Assembly (NCBI GenBank): GCA_026418905.1
Contig: JAOAAK010000041.1
Location: forward strand, 20,619 to 84,618
Length of the DNA: 64,000 bases
Source: Bacteroidales bacterium
GTDB taxonomy: Bacteria > Bacteroidota > Bacteroidia > Bacteroidales > DTU049
Direction of reading: 5' to 3'
The notes beneath the pieces were generated by a model. That model made no database searches. It worked only from the letters and a program-made list of their open reading frames with translations, and was not told where the DNA came from. Shown piece by piece: positions 41,797 through 50,281 of this stretch (the first letter of the stretch is position 1; each line of letters opens with the position of its first letter). The translations under genes and the position numbers were made by a program.

Positions 41797-43332
41797 TTAA
41801 TCGAGAGGACCTATTTCTTTTTCAACTTCTTCGAGGATTTCGCAGGATTTAACAAGTTGTTTCATGGTATTGTGGTCTGGATAGAGAGGTCGATCTACCT
41901 CAAGGAAAGGAACATATTTACGTATTACTTTGTGTGCTACTTCAGTTCCTCTTCCCCAGGTATAATTTTCACCTTTACGTCGGCGGATATCAAGAGCTTG
42001 GGCAGCAGCCATGAACTCAATTCCAAGAACTCCATATGCGTTATCGAGAATCTGGAAATTCTTAAGTGCAGTGTTCATACCCATCGAAACAAAGTCTTCT
42101 TGGTCAGCTGCGGCGGGGATACTTTGAATAGATGCAGGCATCGACAAAATACGTTGTTCAACAATGAGCATATCGGCTGTGTATTGGCTAAGCATAAGTC
42201 CGGAAAATACTCCTGGATTCTCTGTCAAAAAAGGAGGAAGGCCCACGCTTAATGCAGGGTTATTCAGACGATTCATCCTTCTTTCACTCAAAACACTTAC
42301 CATGGTAATAGCAGCACCTGCCATGTCCATGGGTAAAGACACAGGGCTTCCTTGAAAATTAGCTCCAGATAACTGTAAGTTGTCTTCTGGGAAAAATATT
42401 GGATTATCGCCAATACCATTCAATTCTATTTCTACTTGAGAACGAGCAAAGGCAAGTGCATCACGAGCAGCGCCTATCACTTGAGGTGTGGATCGCATAG
42501 AATAAGCATCTTGGACCTTCACTTTAAGTCTTTTTTCCAAAAGATCACCCCCCTGAGCTACTTTTCTTATGGTTGCAGCACTTTGGATGGCACCTTTAAA
42601 CCCACGAGCTTCATGGATTTTATGATGATAAGGTCCGAAGTTAGCTTTCAGTGCCTCCAGTGTCATGGCAGCTGCAATTTCAGCTTGCTTTAACCATCGA
42701 TAAGCATCGTAAAGGAAAATAGCACTCATAGCAGTCAATACGTTAGATCCGTTAATGGCTGCTAACCCATCACGTGCATGCAGACCTGGAATTGAAATTC
42801 CAGCTCTCTCAAAAGCAATCTTTCCAGGTAGGAGTTCACCTTCATAGTAAGCGAATCCTTCGCCCAACATGAGCAGAGCGATCTGGGACATAGGAGCCAA
42901 ATCGCCGCAAGCACCTACCGATCCTTTAACGCAAACGTAAGGGGTTACCCTTTTGTTCAACATTTCAATAAAAGTTTCTACAATTTCAAGACGACAACCA
43001 CTATTCCCATTAGCAAGGACGTTGGCTCGGCTTAGCATAGCAGCTCTTACCCATTCTTCTGGCATGGGGTCTCCGATGCCTGCAGCATGATTGTAAATCA
43101 AGTATCTCTGAAATTCTTTAATTTGATCATCCGGCAAAATAATTTCAGAAAATTCACCAATGCCAGTGTTAATCCCATACATCACTTCTCGAGCCTCAAT
43201 TTTCTTTTCTACCATGGCCCTACAGCGTTTGATGCGTTCTTTTGCTTGTTCATCCAACTGAACTTTTTCTCCCAAACGTGCAACTTGTATGACGTTTTCA
43301 ATGGTTAAATTTTTACCAGTGATGGTTAACAT
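41797..43332 (-). CDS. HAL/PAL-family aromatic amino acid ammonia-lyase-like protein (MIO family) with an Ala-Cys-Gly triad
   Basis: 'YGINTGIGEF', 'NHAAGIG', 'GSVGACGDLAPMS', 'QDAYSMRSTPQV', 'GDNP', 'GANFQGSP', 'QEDFVSMG'. The start was trimmed to ATG 43332 ('MLTITGKNLTIENV'). Confidence 0.8.
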   Translation of the reverse strand: MLTITGKNLTIENVIQVARLGEKVQLDEQAKERIKRCRAMVEKKIEAREVMYGINTGIGEFSEIILPDDQIKEFQRYLIYNHAAGIGDPMPEEWVRAAMLSRANVLANGNSGCRLEIVETFIEMLNKRVTPYVCVKGSVGACGDLAPMSQIALLMLGEGFAYYEGELLPGKIAFERAGISIPGLHARDGLAAINGSNVLTAMSAIFLYDAYRWLKQAEIAAAMTLEALKANFGPYHHKIHEARGFKGAIQSAATIRKVAQGGDLLEKRLKVKVQDAYSMRSTPQVIGAARDALAFARSQVEIELNGIGDNPIFFPEDNLQLSGANFQGSPVSLPMDMAGAAITMVSVLSERRMNRLNNPALSVGLPPFLTENPGVFSGLMLSQYTADMLIVEQRILSMPASIQSIPAAADQEDFVSMGMNTALKNFQILDNAYGVLGIEFMAAAQALDIRRRKGENYTWGRGTEVAHKVIRKYVPFLEVDRPLYPDHNTMKQLVKSCEILEEVEKEIGPLD

Positions 43333-43426
43333 GTTTTTTAATTTTGCAAGCAAAGTAAAAAAAAATATTATCATCAATTTCAGGCTAAACATTTTTTATC
43401 ATGTAAATTTGTTCAAAAAAATAATT

Positions 43427-43741
43427 ATGTCTGTTTTGATGGAGTTTTCAATGTTTCCTACCGATAAGGGGGAAAGTGTGAGTTCATACGTGTCGAGGAT
43501 TATAGCTTGGCTAAAGCAAAAGAATTGTCATTTTCAGCTTACCCCTATGGGAACTATTATAGAAACTGATGATATTCAAGAAGCGTTAAAATTAGTGGAA
43601 GAAGCATATCGGTTACTAGAACATGATTGTAATCGTGTATACTCGACAATTAAACTTGATATCCGAAAAGGCATGTCTGGTCGAATGGAGCAAAAGATTA
43701 AAAGTGTCTATGACCATTTGAATTTGTCGCAAAGCCAATGA
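43427..43741 (+). CDS. MTH1187/YkoF-like (DUF77) small thiamine-binding-fold protein
   Basis: 'MEFSMFPTDKGESVSSYVSRII..LTPMGTIIETD..STIKLDIRKG' fits the family pattern. The start was trimmed to ATG 43427. Confidence 0.6.
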   Translation: MSVLMEFSMFPTDKGESVSSYVSRIIAWLKQKNCHFQLTPMGTIIETDDIQEALKLVEEAYRLLEHDCNRVYSTIKLDIRKGMSGRMEQKIKSVYDHLNLSQSQ

Positions 43742-44379
43742 GAGTTAGTTTTTTTTTGTGGGTAAGTTTTTTTTTAATTTCAGACATATTGTTACGTGCT
43801 CAACTTTTCGATGGAATGTTGACAGGTGGGCTTAACTTTACTCAAGTTGACGGAGACGAACTTATTGGCTACCGTAAAATAGGCTTTCATGGTGGACCTG
43901 GTGTAAGAGCACACATGGGTGGCAAATGGTATTTTTCGTTAGAAACAATTTTCAACCAAAAAGGGTCGTACAAAAAGTACCCTCAACAGTGGGACGATTC
44001 TATGAAGCTACCTTATTATAAGTTAACTCTTAACTATGCTGATGTTGTATGTTTAGTTCATTATGACGACAAGGCTTTATGGTTTGGGGCTGGTTTTTCT
44101 GCAGGCAGACTAGGATCTATGCGTGAAATCGAAAGAGGAAAAATCATTCCCTGGGCTTATTCAAATATGCCATATCGAAAAATGGACTATAACGTTATTG
44201 TGAGTGTCATGTTTAGAATTAAAGATAATCTTTTTTTTAATTTTCGTTATGCTTATTCAATGCGCTACATCAGAGTTAGAAATTTCGTTGCTGGAAATAA
44301 TCAATGGACACGTTACCAATACAATAACATGCTTACCTGTAAGCTTATATACTTTTTACCGATAAAATTAAATTTTTAA
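43738..44379 (+). CDS. Small outer-membrane beta-barrel protein (PorT/OprF-N-like)
   Basis: Signal peptide, alternating hydrophobic beta-strand pattern with Gly/aromatic residues, 213 aa. ATGA overlap with the upstream gene. Confidence 0.45.
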   Translation: MRVSFFLWVSFFLISDILLRAQLFDGMLTGGLNFTQVDGDELIGYRKIGFHGGPGVRAHMGGKWYFSLETIFNQKGSYKKYPQQWDDSMKLPYYKLTLNYADVVCLVHYDDKALWFGAGFSAGRLGSMREIERGKIIPWAYSNMPYRKMDYNVIVSVMFRIKDNLFFNFRYAYSMRYIRVRNFVAGNNQWTRYQYNNMLTCKLIYFLPIKLNF

Positions 44380-44462
44380 AATTTGTTTAACCTTAAGAAA
44401 TTAATTTACGTCTTATTTGTGTTAAAAATTTTAATTTTGTAGAACCTTAAAAAGAGAAAAGT

Positions 44463-46349
44463 ATGAGAAAAGCAGTATTATTCATGAGTGGGGTTATGCT
44501 AACATGGGGTTTGTTTGCTCAAAGTAAAGTAACCCAGTTAAGTGGCCCCGTAAAAGCTCAAAAAGTTGAAAAAAACATTGTCAAAGAAAACGTCAGCGTT
44601 CAAAGTGGGCAAATTCTTCAACGTTCCGGAGTTTCATTAAAAAATGCAAAAACAACATTGGTTTCAAAAGTGGTGATTGGCTCATCCAAAAACATTTACA
44701 CTGCTTTGGTATCTCAGTCAAATGTAATTAGTGCTAATCAAGATCTAAACACTATTACCATGACACGTAGAGGAAATGTTTCATCTCCTAGCTCTGGTCT
44801 TATTCAGGTATCTGTTTCTAAGGATGGAGGCAACACATGGGATAGCACCACAGTTGAGCTTTGGAATAGATATACCATTAACCCAGGCCGTTACCCATCG
44901 GGTGTTATTTACAACCCCGCTGGAAATACCAATCCTGACAATGCTTTTGTTGTAGGTTCAGGTCCTGTTCTAAATAGTTCAGCAAACAGTTTTGTAGGTA
45001 ATTTTTTTGCTAGCGTTAGATTAAATGGTTCAAATTTAAATCAGCAGACTACACTTTATACCACCGATACAGCTGGTGGTGTGGGTTATGTAAATAGGTT
45101 TTCTCGTCTTTACTTGCAAGAACGTAAGGGAAAATTCTTTGTTCTTGGGGATGCTAATACTGATAATGGAACACAATATACTTCTTTTGTCACAGTTATC
45201 AACCGTGGTATTTGGGATCCAACAGGCGACAGTGTTATTTGGTCTCGCTCCTATCACGTGCCAAATTTTTTAACTAGCAATGGCTTGCCAGATGGACTAG
45301 CATGGCCTGCCCTTATCATGGATGAGAATGGTCAGAATGGTTATCTGATTTACATTGGTCGAGACGGAGATGCAACCGACAATCTTTCTTACATCCCTAT
45401 GATTTATAAGACAACCGATGGAGGAGCAAATTGGGTAAAGCAAACTGCATTTGATTGGTCAGCCATTCCTGCAGTTCAAGAAATAGCTAACATATCAAGA
45501 GTTGGAAGACCTTTCTTTTCTCGAATCAAAGATGCGACCATTGATGCAAATGGTAATCCTCATTTCATTTGCTATGTTCAACCAGCTTGGAGTGACCATC
45601 CAGATTCCTTGGGATATTATGGTGTTTTTACATATCATAATGGCTTTGTATTTGACTTTTACAAAACCAGCACAGGATGGAATGGCTTTATCATAGATAC
45701 CATTCGATCAAAAGATGTGGACGAAGATCATTCTCCTACTAGTGATCCTTTGGATTGGGATGAAAGAATTCAAGTTACGCGAACACCTGATGGAAGTGTT
45801 CTTTTCTTTGCATGGATGGACACAGATACTACATTAGATGCATATAACCTTTATCCAGACATTATTGTAAAACGTTACAATGTTGCTACTAACACCCTTG
45901 GACCTCGTGTTAATCTAACTCAGGGAACCAACTATGATGGTGTTAACTATTGGATGTACTTGGGGGATTATTGTTTCGTTGATCAACAGGGGATAGCAAC
46001 TCTTCATATTACTACATCTGATCTCAACTTGTCAGATGTCGGTCCTGTCAAGCATTATTATGTGAAAAATGTGAAAATAGCTCCCAATGGTGAATATGCT
46101 TCTATTAAAGAATCCACAAGCCCGATAGTATCTATATACCCCAATCCTGTAAAAGATCAACTTTATGTTAATCTTAACTCTGGCAACTATCAACTCTACA
46201 TCTACAATACTTTGGGCAATTTAGTTTTGAGTAAAGAAGCAAATGGTGGAATGAACGTTGTCGATATGAGCAAGCTTCCTGCAGGTCTATACATTATTAA
46301 TGTCACAGGTTCTGGCTCTAATGTTGTGAAAAAAGTTATTAAACAATAA
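44463..46349 (+). CDS. BNR/sialidase-like beta-propeller protein with T9SS type-A CTD
   Basis: BNR motifs 'SKDGGNTW' and 'TTDGGANW'. Signal peptide. C-terminal 'VSIYPNPVKDQLYVNL..LYIYNTLGNLV..AGLYIINV'. Confidence 0.7.
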   Translation: MRKAVLFMSGVMLTWGLFAQSKVTQLSGPVKAQKVEKNIVKENVSVQSGQILQRSGVSLKNAKTTLVSKVVIGSSKNIYTALVSQSNVISANQDLNTITMTRRGNVSSPSSGLIQVSVSKDGGNTWDSTTVELWNRYTINPGRYPSGVIYNPAGNTNPDNAFVVGSGPVLNSSANSFVGNFFASVRLNGSNLNQQTTLYTTDTAGGVGYVNRFSRLYLQERKGKFFVLGDANTDNGTQYTSFVTVINRGIWDPTGDSVIWSRSYHVPNFLTSNGLPDGLAWPALIMDENGQNGYLIYIGRDGDATDNLSYIPMIYKTTDGGANWVKQTAFDWSAIPAVQEIANISRVGRPFFSRIKDATIDANGNPHFICYVQPAWSDHPDSLGYYGVFTYHNGFVFDFYKTSTGWNGFIIDTIRSKDVDEDHSPTSDPLDWDERIQVTRTPDGSVLFFAWMDTDTTLDAYNLYPDIIVKRYNVATNTLGPRVNLTQGTNYDGVNYWMYLGDYCFVDQQGIATLHITTSDLNLSDVGPVKHYYVKNVKIAPNGEYASIKESTSPIVSIYPNPVKDQLYVNLNSGNYQLYIYNTLGNLVLSKEANGGMNVVDMSKLPAGLYIINVTGSGSNVVKKVIKQ

Positions 46350-46370
46350 TGAACTATATTTGAGTTTATA

Positions 46371-46399
46371 AGCCGCTCTTGAGGAGCGGCTTTTTTTTT
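46371..46399 (+). terminator. Intrinsic terminator after the BNR/T9SS cargo gene
   Basis: agccgctc (46371-46378) pairs with gagcggct (46384-46391) around a short loop, followed by a run of 9 T. Confidence 0.7.
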
Positions 46400-46408
46400 C
46401 AGAATCTC

Positions 46409-46416
46409 TATTTTTG
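46409..46416 (+). promoter_or_regulatory. Putative -7 box (TAnnTTTG) for tmk, possibly also serving the downstream hdr-like genes
   Basis: 'tattTTTG', 14 nt upstream of the tmk ATG at 46431. Confidence 0.3.
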
Positions 46417-46430
46417 TAAGGGGATATATC

Positions 46431-47108
46431 ATGAGTAATAAAGGCAAGCTTATTGTTTTTGAAGGTATTGATGGTTCTGGCAAAACTACTCAGGCGCTAC
46501 TATTGGTCGAGTATTTGAAGAAAAAAAACATAACTTCAGAGTACTGTCATTTTCCAAGAGTGGATGTAAACTCTATATATTCTAATTTGATTAAGATTTT
46601 TTTACAAGGCAAATGGGGTCCTAAAGAGGAAATAGATCCCTATTTGATAGCATTTCTTTATGCTGGGGATCGTAAAGAGCTGGCTTCCTCTTTGCATGAA
46701 AAGCTGGGGCAGGGTATGTGGCTTGTATTGGATAGATACGTGATGTCTAATATGGCTTATCAAGGTGCTAGAATACCTGATAAGGATAAAAATGCTTTTT
46801 TCCAATGGCTTGAATATACCGAATTCCAATTGTTTAATCTTCCTAGACCTGATGTAACTTTTTTACTTCTTATGCCTTCTGAATTTACTGCGCAAAACTT
46901 GAAAAAAACGAGACCTCTCAAAGATCGTGCAACTGGCGTAGAACCCGACTTGTTTGAAAAGGATTCATCCTTTCAAAAAAAAGTGAAAGATACGTATCTT
47001 TACCTTGCAAGCAATGAAAAAAATATTACTGTCTTGGATTACTCGGTACAAAAAAGTGTACCTCCTCCTGAAGCAATACATATTGATATTTTACGTCAAC
47101 TTTTCTGA
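46431..47108 (+). CDS. tmk: Thymidylate (dTMP) kinase
   Basis: P-loop 'IVFEGIDGSGKTTQ', 'DRY..SN.AYQG'. Length is 225 aa. Confidence 0.85.
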   Translation: MSNKGKLIVFEGIDGSGKTTQALLLVEYLKKKNITSEYCHFPRVDVNSIYSNLIKIFLQGKWGPKEEIDPYLIAFLYAGDRKELASSLHEKLGQGMWLVLDRYVMSNMAYQGARIPDKDKNAFFQWLEYTEFQLFNLPRPDVTFLLLMPSEFTAQNLKKTRPLKDRATGVEPDLFEKDSSFQKKVKDTYLYLASNEKNITVLDYSVQKSVPPPEAIHIDILRQLF

Positions 47109-47184
47109 TATATGGAATAAGCGATAAAAAAAAGAAATGTATTTTTTTTATTTATTTTGCCTATTGAAATAGTAGATAGTCAAA

Positions 47185-47853
47185 ATGAATTTAATTGAGG
47201 AATTGTTCTCGGATGTCCACATACGGCATAGTTTGTATGCTTGTATCCAATGCGGAATCTGCACGGGCGTATGTCCGGCAGCTCAAATATACGATTACGA
47301 CCCAAGAATTCTTGTTAATCTTGTTCAAAAGAGAAATGAACAAGTTTTAACTGAGCTACTTCAGAGTGATTACATTTGGTATTGTGGTGAATGCATGTCG
47401 TGCAAGACACGATGTCCACGAGATAACACTCCTGGTGAAATAGTCATTGCTCTTCGTCAACTTTCGCAACGGAAAGGATATTTTGTTTCCTCTCGAAGAG
47501 GACGCCAGCAATATGTTATTCGTAAAACCATAGGTGAAAGCATTCTTCAGGAAGGATATTGTGTCTATTTCGATCATGTTGACCTCGATCGTTTTCCTGA
47601 ACAAGGACCTACATGGCAATGGGTTCGAGATCATCGGAATGAAATTCTTTCTAAGGTGGGTGCAAGTTATCAACAAAAAACAGCTGGTCCCATGAGGAAA
47701 ATTAGGGAGGAGGATCTTCAAGAACTGAAAAAAATTTTTGAAGTCACTGGGGCCAGCCAATTATTTCAACTGATTGATGATTATTCACGCAATGTCATGA
47801 TGGAAGAAAACAAGAGTGAAGAAGAATATATTCGCGAAATCTTTGAAAAATAA
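47185..47853 (+). CDS. HdrC-like 2x[4Fe-4S] iron-sulfur protein
   Basis: Two CxxCxxCxxxCP motifs: 'CIQCGICTGVCP' and 'CGECMSCKTRCP'. Length is 222 aa. It lies directly upstream of a CCG-domain protein. Confidence 0.75.
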   Translation: MNLIEELFSDVHIRHSLYACIQCGICTGVCPAAQIYDYDPRILVNLVQKRNEQVLTELLQSDYIWYCGECMSCKTRCPRDNTPGEIVIALRQLSQRKGYFVSSRRGRQQYVIRKTIGESILQEGYCVYFDHVDLDRFPEQGPTWQWVRDHRNEILSKVGASYQQKTAGPMRKIREEDLQELKKIFEVTGASQLFQLIDDYSRNVMMEENKSEEEYIREIFEK

Positions 47854-47860
47854 TGACGAT

Positions 47861-48919
47861 ATGAATATTTTTAAAGAACGCTACATGAAGGATATACCGG
47901 ATGATCACTTTTGGTTTGCTCGAAGCTGTATTCGTCAAACTTTTTTTCCTGGTGCTGAGCAGATGTTTCTTAAGATCATGCGAGAAAAACTTTTTAAAGA
48001 TGTTTACGATTCTCCTCATCATACCACATGTACAGGTATTGGATATCATAGTGATATTGTTCCATTTGAGACTATCATGACTGTCGTTGCTCGTCAATTT
48101 GCTTTAATGACAGAAGATGGTTATGAGCATGTAGCTATTAGCTGTGTAACAAGTTTTGGAATTTACCAAGAGGTCCTTGAAAAATGGGAATTGGAACCAG
48201 AACTATTAGAGAAAGCACGTACTTATCTCAGGCAAGCTACAGGAAGAGAATTTAAATTGCCTGTGGCTGCTGTCCATACTTCCGATATCATCTTTAAATT
48301 TCGTGAGGAAATAGCTCGGATTATGAAATATCCTCTCATCAATAGGTTCACTGGAAAACCTCTTAGAGTGGTAGATCATGTTGGTTGTCATTATGCTAAG
48401 ATGTTTCCTCAAAAAAGTATAGGAGGGGCAGAATACCCCTATGTATTGGCAGGGATGGTTGAGGCATGGGGAGGTCAACCTGTAGATTATCCAGAACGTA
48501 GACATTGTTGTGGTTTTGGTTTTAGAAATTACCTCATCAAATCAAATCGGAGTTACTCATTGACTCATTCTAAAATAAAGTTTGAATCTATGTATCCATA
48601 CCGTCCGGATTTTATCATAACCAATTGTCCTGGTTGTGCTATGTTTATGGACAGGTGGCAATATGTGCTTGCTGAAACCGAAGGAAAAACTTACGGAGAA
48701 GAACCACGGAAAGGAATACCGGTGCTGACTTTCGAAGAAACAGCTGCTTTGGTGATTGGTTACGATCCTTGGGAGATCGGTTTGCAAATGCATCAAGTTT
48801 CGGTAGAGCCGTTACTTGATAAAATGGGAGTTTCTTATGATCCTGACGGAAAATTTCTTGACAAAAACGGAAATTACTTAGATAAACCTCAACGACCATC
48901 GGTTTTAAAATGTAACTAG
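47861..48919 (+). CDS. HdrB-like protein with two CCG domains (N-terminal degenerate, C-terminal intact)
   Basis: C-terminal 'C-x39-CCG-x38-CPGC' is intact. The N-terminal copy reads 'C-x33-C-T-G ... C-V-T-S' and is missing two Cys. The GTG extension at 47816 was trimmed to ATG 47861, 8 nt after the hdrC-like stop. Confidence 0.75.
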   Translation: MNIFKERYMKDIPDDHFWFARSCIRQTFFPGAEQMFLKIMREKLFKDVYDSPHHTTCTGIGYHSDIVPFETIMTVVARQFALMTEDGYEHVAISCVTSFGIYQEVLEKWELEPELLEKARTYLRQATGREFKLPVAAVHTSDIIFKFREEIARIMKYPLINRFTGKPLRVVDHVGCHYAKMFPQKSIGGAEYPYVLAGMVEAWGGQPVDYPERRHCCGFGFRNYLIKSNRSYSLTHSKIKFESMYPYRPDFIITNCPGCAMFMDRWQYVLAETEGKTYGEEPRKGIPVLTFEETAALVIGYDPWEIGLQMHQVSVEPLLDKMGVSYDPDGKFLDKNGNYLDKPQRPSVLKCN

Positions 48920-48920
48920 C

Positions 48921-49934
48921 ATGGAGAAATCATGTTTTGACGTCATTATTGTGGGTGGTGGCATAGCAGGGATGCAAACTGCCATTTACCTTTCAGAAAT
49001 GAATTTTAAAGTTGCCCTATTTGAAAAACAAAATCGCCTGGGTGGGAAATTGCTAGAATACGATCGACTTTTTCCTTCTTTTGAAAAAGCTGAAGATATT
49101 TTAAATGAATTGAATCAAAGAATCCAGAGTTTACCCATTGAATTATTTGTAGGAGAAAACGTAGAAAAAGTTGAAAAAAAAGATGGCTTTTTCTTCATTC
49201 AAACAGAATCGGGTCGTATCGATTCGCAAGCCCTTGTTCTGGCTTTTGGTTTTGAATTTTTCGATGCAACCTTAAAAGAAGAGTACGGATATAGAGTAGT
49301 TGAAAATGTTTATACGAGCGTAGATATCGAAAAAATGATCAAAAATCCTTTGTCGTTGCAGCAACGCTTTTCTTCAAAACCACAAGCTTTTGGTTTTGTT
49401 CACTGTGTTGGTTCAAGAGATGAAAAGGTAAAGAACAATTACTGTAGCAAAGTATGTTGCATCACTGCTATAAAGCAAGCTATTGAACTGAAAGAAATTT
49501 TTCCAACTTCGGAAATATTTTGCTTTTACATGGATTTGCGTCTCCACGAATTGATGTTTGAAACAATATACAAACGGGCACAGATGGATTACGGAATTCA
49601 TTTCGTTCGCGGTAAAATATCGGAGGTTGCTCAGGGGCGAGACGGAAAAGTTGTTTTAAAAGTGGAAGATACACTTTTATCTATGCCCCTCTCTATGGAA
49701 TTGGATGCGTTGGTCTTGATGATTGGCATGGAAGGTAAAAGACCGACTTTGTCGAATGATTTATCTTTTAATTTGTTTGATTTTGTTGATGTGGGTGATC
49801 TTTATATTTACAAAAATTGGAAAAAAGGGGTTTTTTGCGTAGGAGCTTGTAAGGGGCCTCGCTCAGTTCAAGAAACCTTACAGGATGCTTCTCAAACAGC
49901 CATGGAAGTTTATCGATATTTGAAAGTTAAATAA
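48921..49934 (+). CDS. Short HdrA-like FAD/[4Fe-4S] flavoprotein
   Basis: 'VIIVGGGIAGMQTA..FEK..LGGK' dinucleotide fold, 'HCVGSRDEKVKNNYCSKVCC' Cys cluster, 'VFCVGACKGP'. Only 337 aa, so no extra ferredoxin domains. Confidence 0.75.
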   Translation: MEKSCFDVIIVGGGIAGMQTAIYLSEMNFKVALFEKQNRLGGKLLEYDRLFPSFEKAEDILNELNQRIQSLPIELFVGENVEKVEKKDGFFFIQTESGRIDSQALVLAFGFEFFDATLKEEYGYRVVENVYTSVDIEKMIKNPLSLQQRFSSKPQAFGFVHCVGSRDEKVKNNYCSKVCCITAIKQAIELKEIFPTSEIFCFYMDLRLHELMFETIYKRAQMDYGIHFVRGKISEVAQGRDGKVVLKVEDTLLSMPLSMELDALVLMIGMEGKRPTLSNDLSFNLFDFVDVGDLYIYKNWKKGVFCVGACKGPRSVQETLQDASQTAMEVYRYLKVK

Positions 49935-49942
49935 GAAAGTTC

Positions 49943-50281
49943 ATGTCGACCAGATTTGGATATTCTTCTGTTCAACCAAGGAAAAAAGAAATTCGTTTTC
50001 CTCTTCCTTCCCTTTATGTGGATATTCTATGCCAAGAACCATCGTTGAAATTATGTATTCATTGTGGTACGTGTAGTTCTGTTTGTGTTGCCAATCGAAT
50101 CCAAGAAACACGTTTTCATAAGATTCCTATCATGCTTCGTTATGGAATGACTGAGGAATCACTTACGTATGCTCGTCGTTGTTTACTCTGTGGCACTTGC
50201 ATACTGACTTGCCCACGTAATGTGAACATTAGACACGTGATGTTTTTATTAAAACAATGGGATTATGAACATTCATTATGA
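49943..50281 (+). CDS. Small 2x[4Fe-4S] ferredoxin-domain protein
   Basis: 'CIHCGTCSSVC' and 'CLLCGTCILTCP'. Length is 112 aa. It overlaps the next gene by 17 nt. Confidence 0.65.
   Translation: MSTRFGYSSVQPRKKEIRFPLPSLYVDILCQEPSLKLCIHCGTCSSVCVANRIQETRFHKIPIMLRYGMTEESLTYARRCLLCGTCILTCPRNVNIRHVMFLLKQWDYEHSL

Noticed and set aside
41857-42252. 131-aa plus-strand ORF inside the HAL-like gene.
   Set aside because: It is antisense to a strongly conserved lyase coding sequence and has no recognisable features.
43333-43426. Possible TPP riboswitch upstream of the YkoF/MTH1187-like gene.
   Set aside because: The ~90-nt region is almost pure A/T, with no CUGAGA-type core or GC-rich helices.
47109-47184. 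Independent TAnnTTTG promoter box directly upstream of the HdrC-like gene.
   Set aside because: Only a near-match (tattttgc, one T short) is present. No terminator separates tmk from the hdr-like genes, so co-transcription from the tmk promoter box at 46409-46416 cannot be excluded.
47356-47760. 134-aa ORF antisense to the HdrC-like gene.
   Set aside because: It lies entirely inside a well-supported Fe-S protein gene on the opposite strand, with low-complexity, motif-free sequence. This is typical of a shadow ORF in AT-rich DNA.
47816-47860. N-terminal extensions in the ORF track that begin with GTG/TTG (47816, 40426, 59020, 53321) or with upstream ATGs (25893, 28044, 43289, 43392, 40443, 63090, 23954, 26961, 32711, 55328).
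   Set aside because: The extensions overlap upstream genes or lack signal peptides. Downstream ATGs give canonical N-termini (NqrA MEVIRIKKG, Tdk, TcdA, RsmI, EF-Ts) or proper signal peptides.
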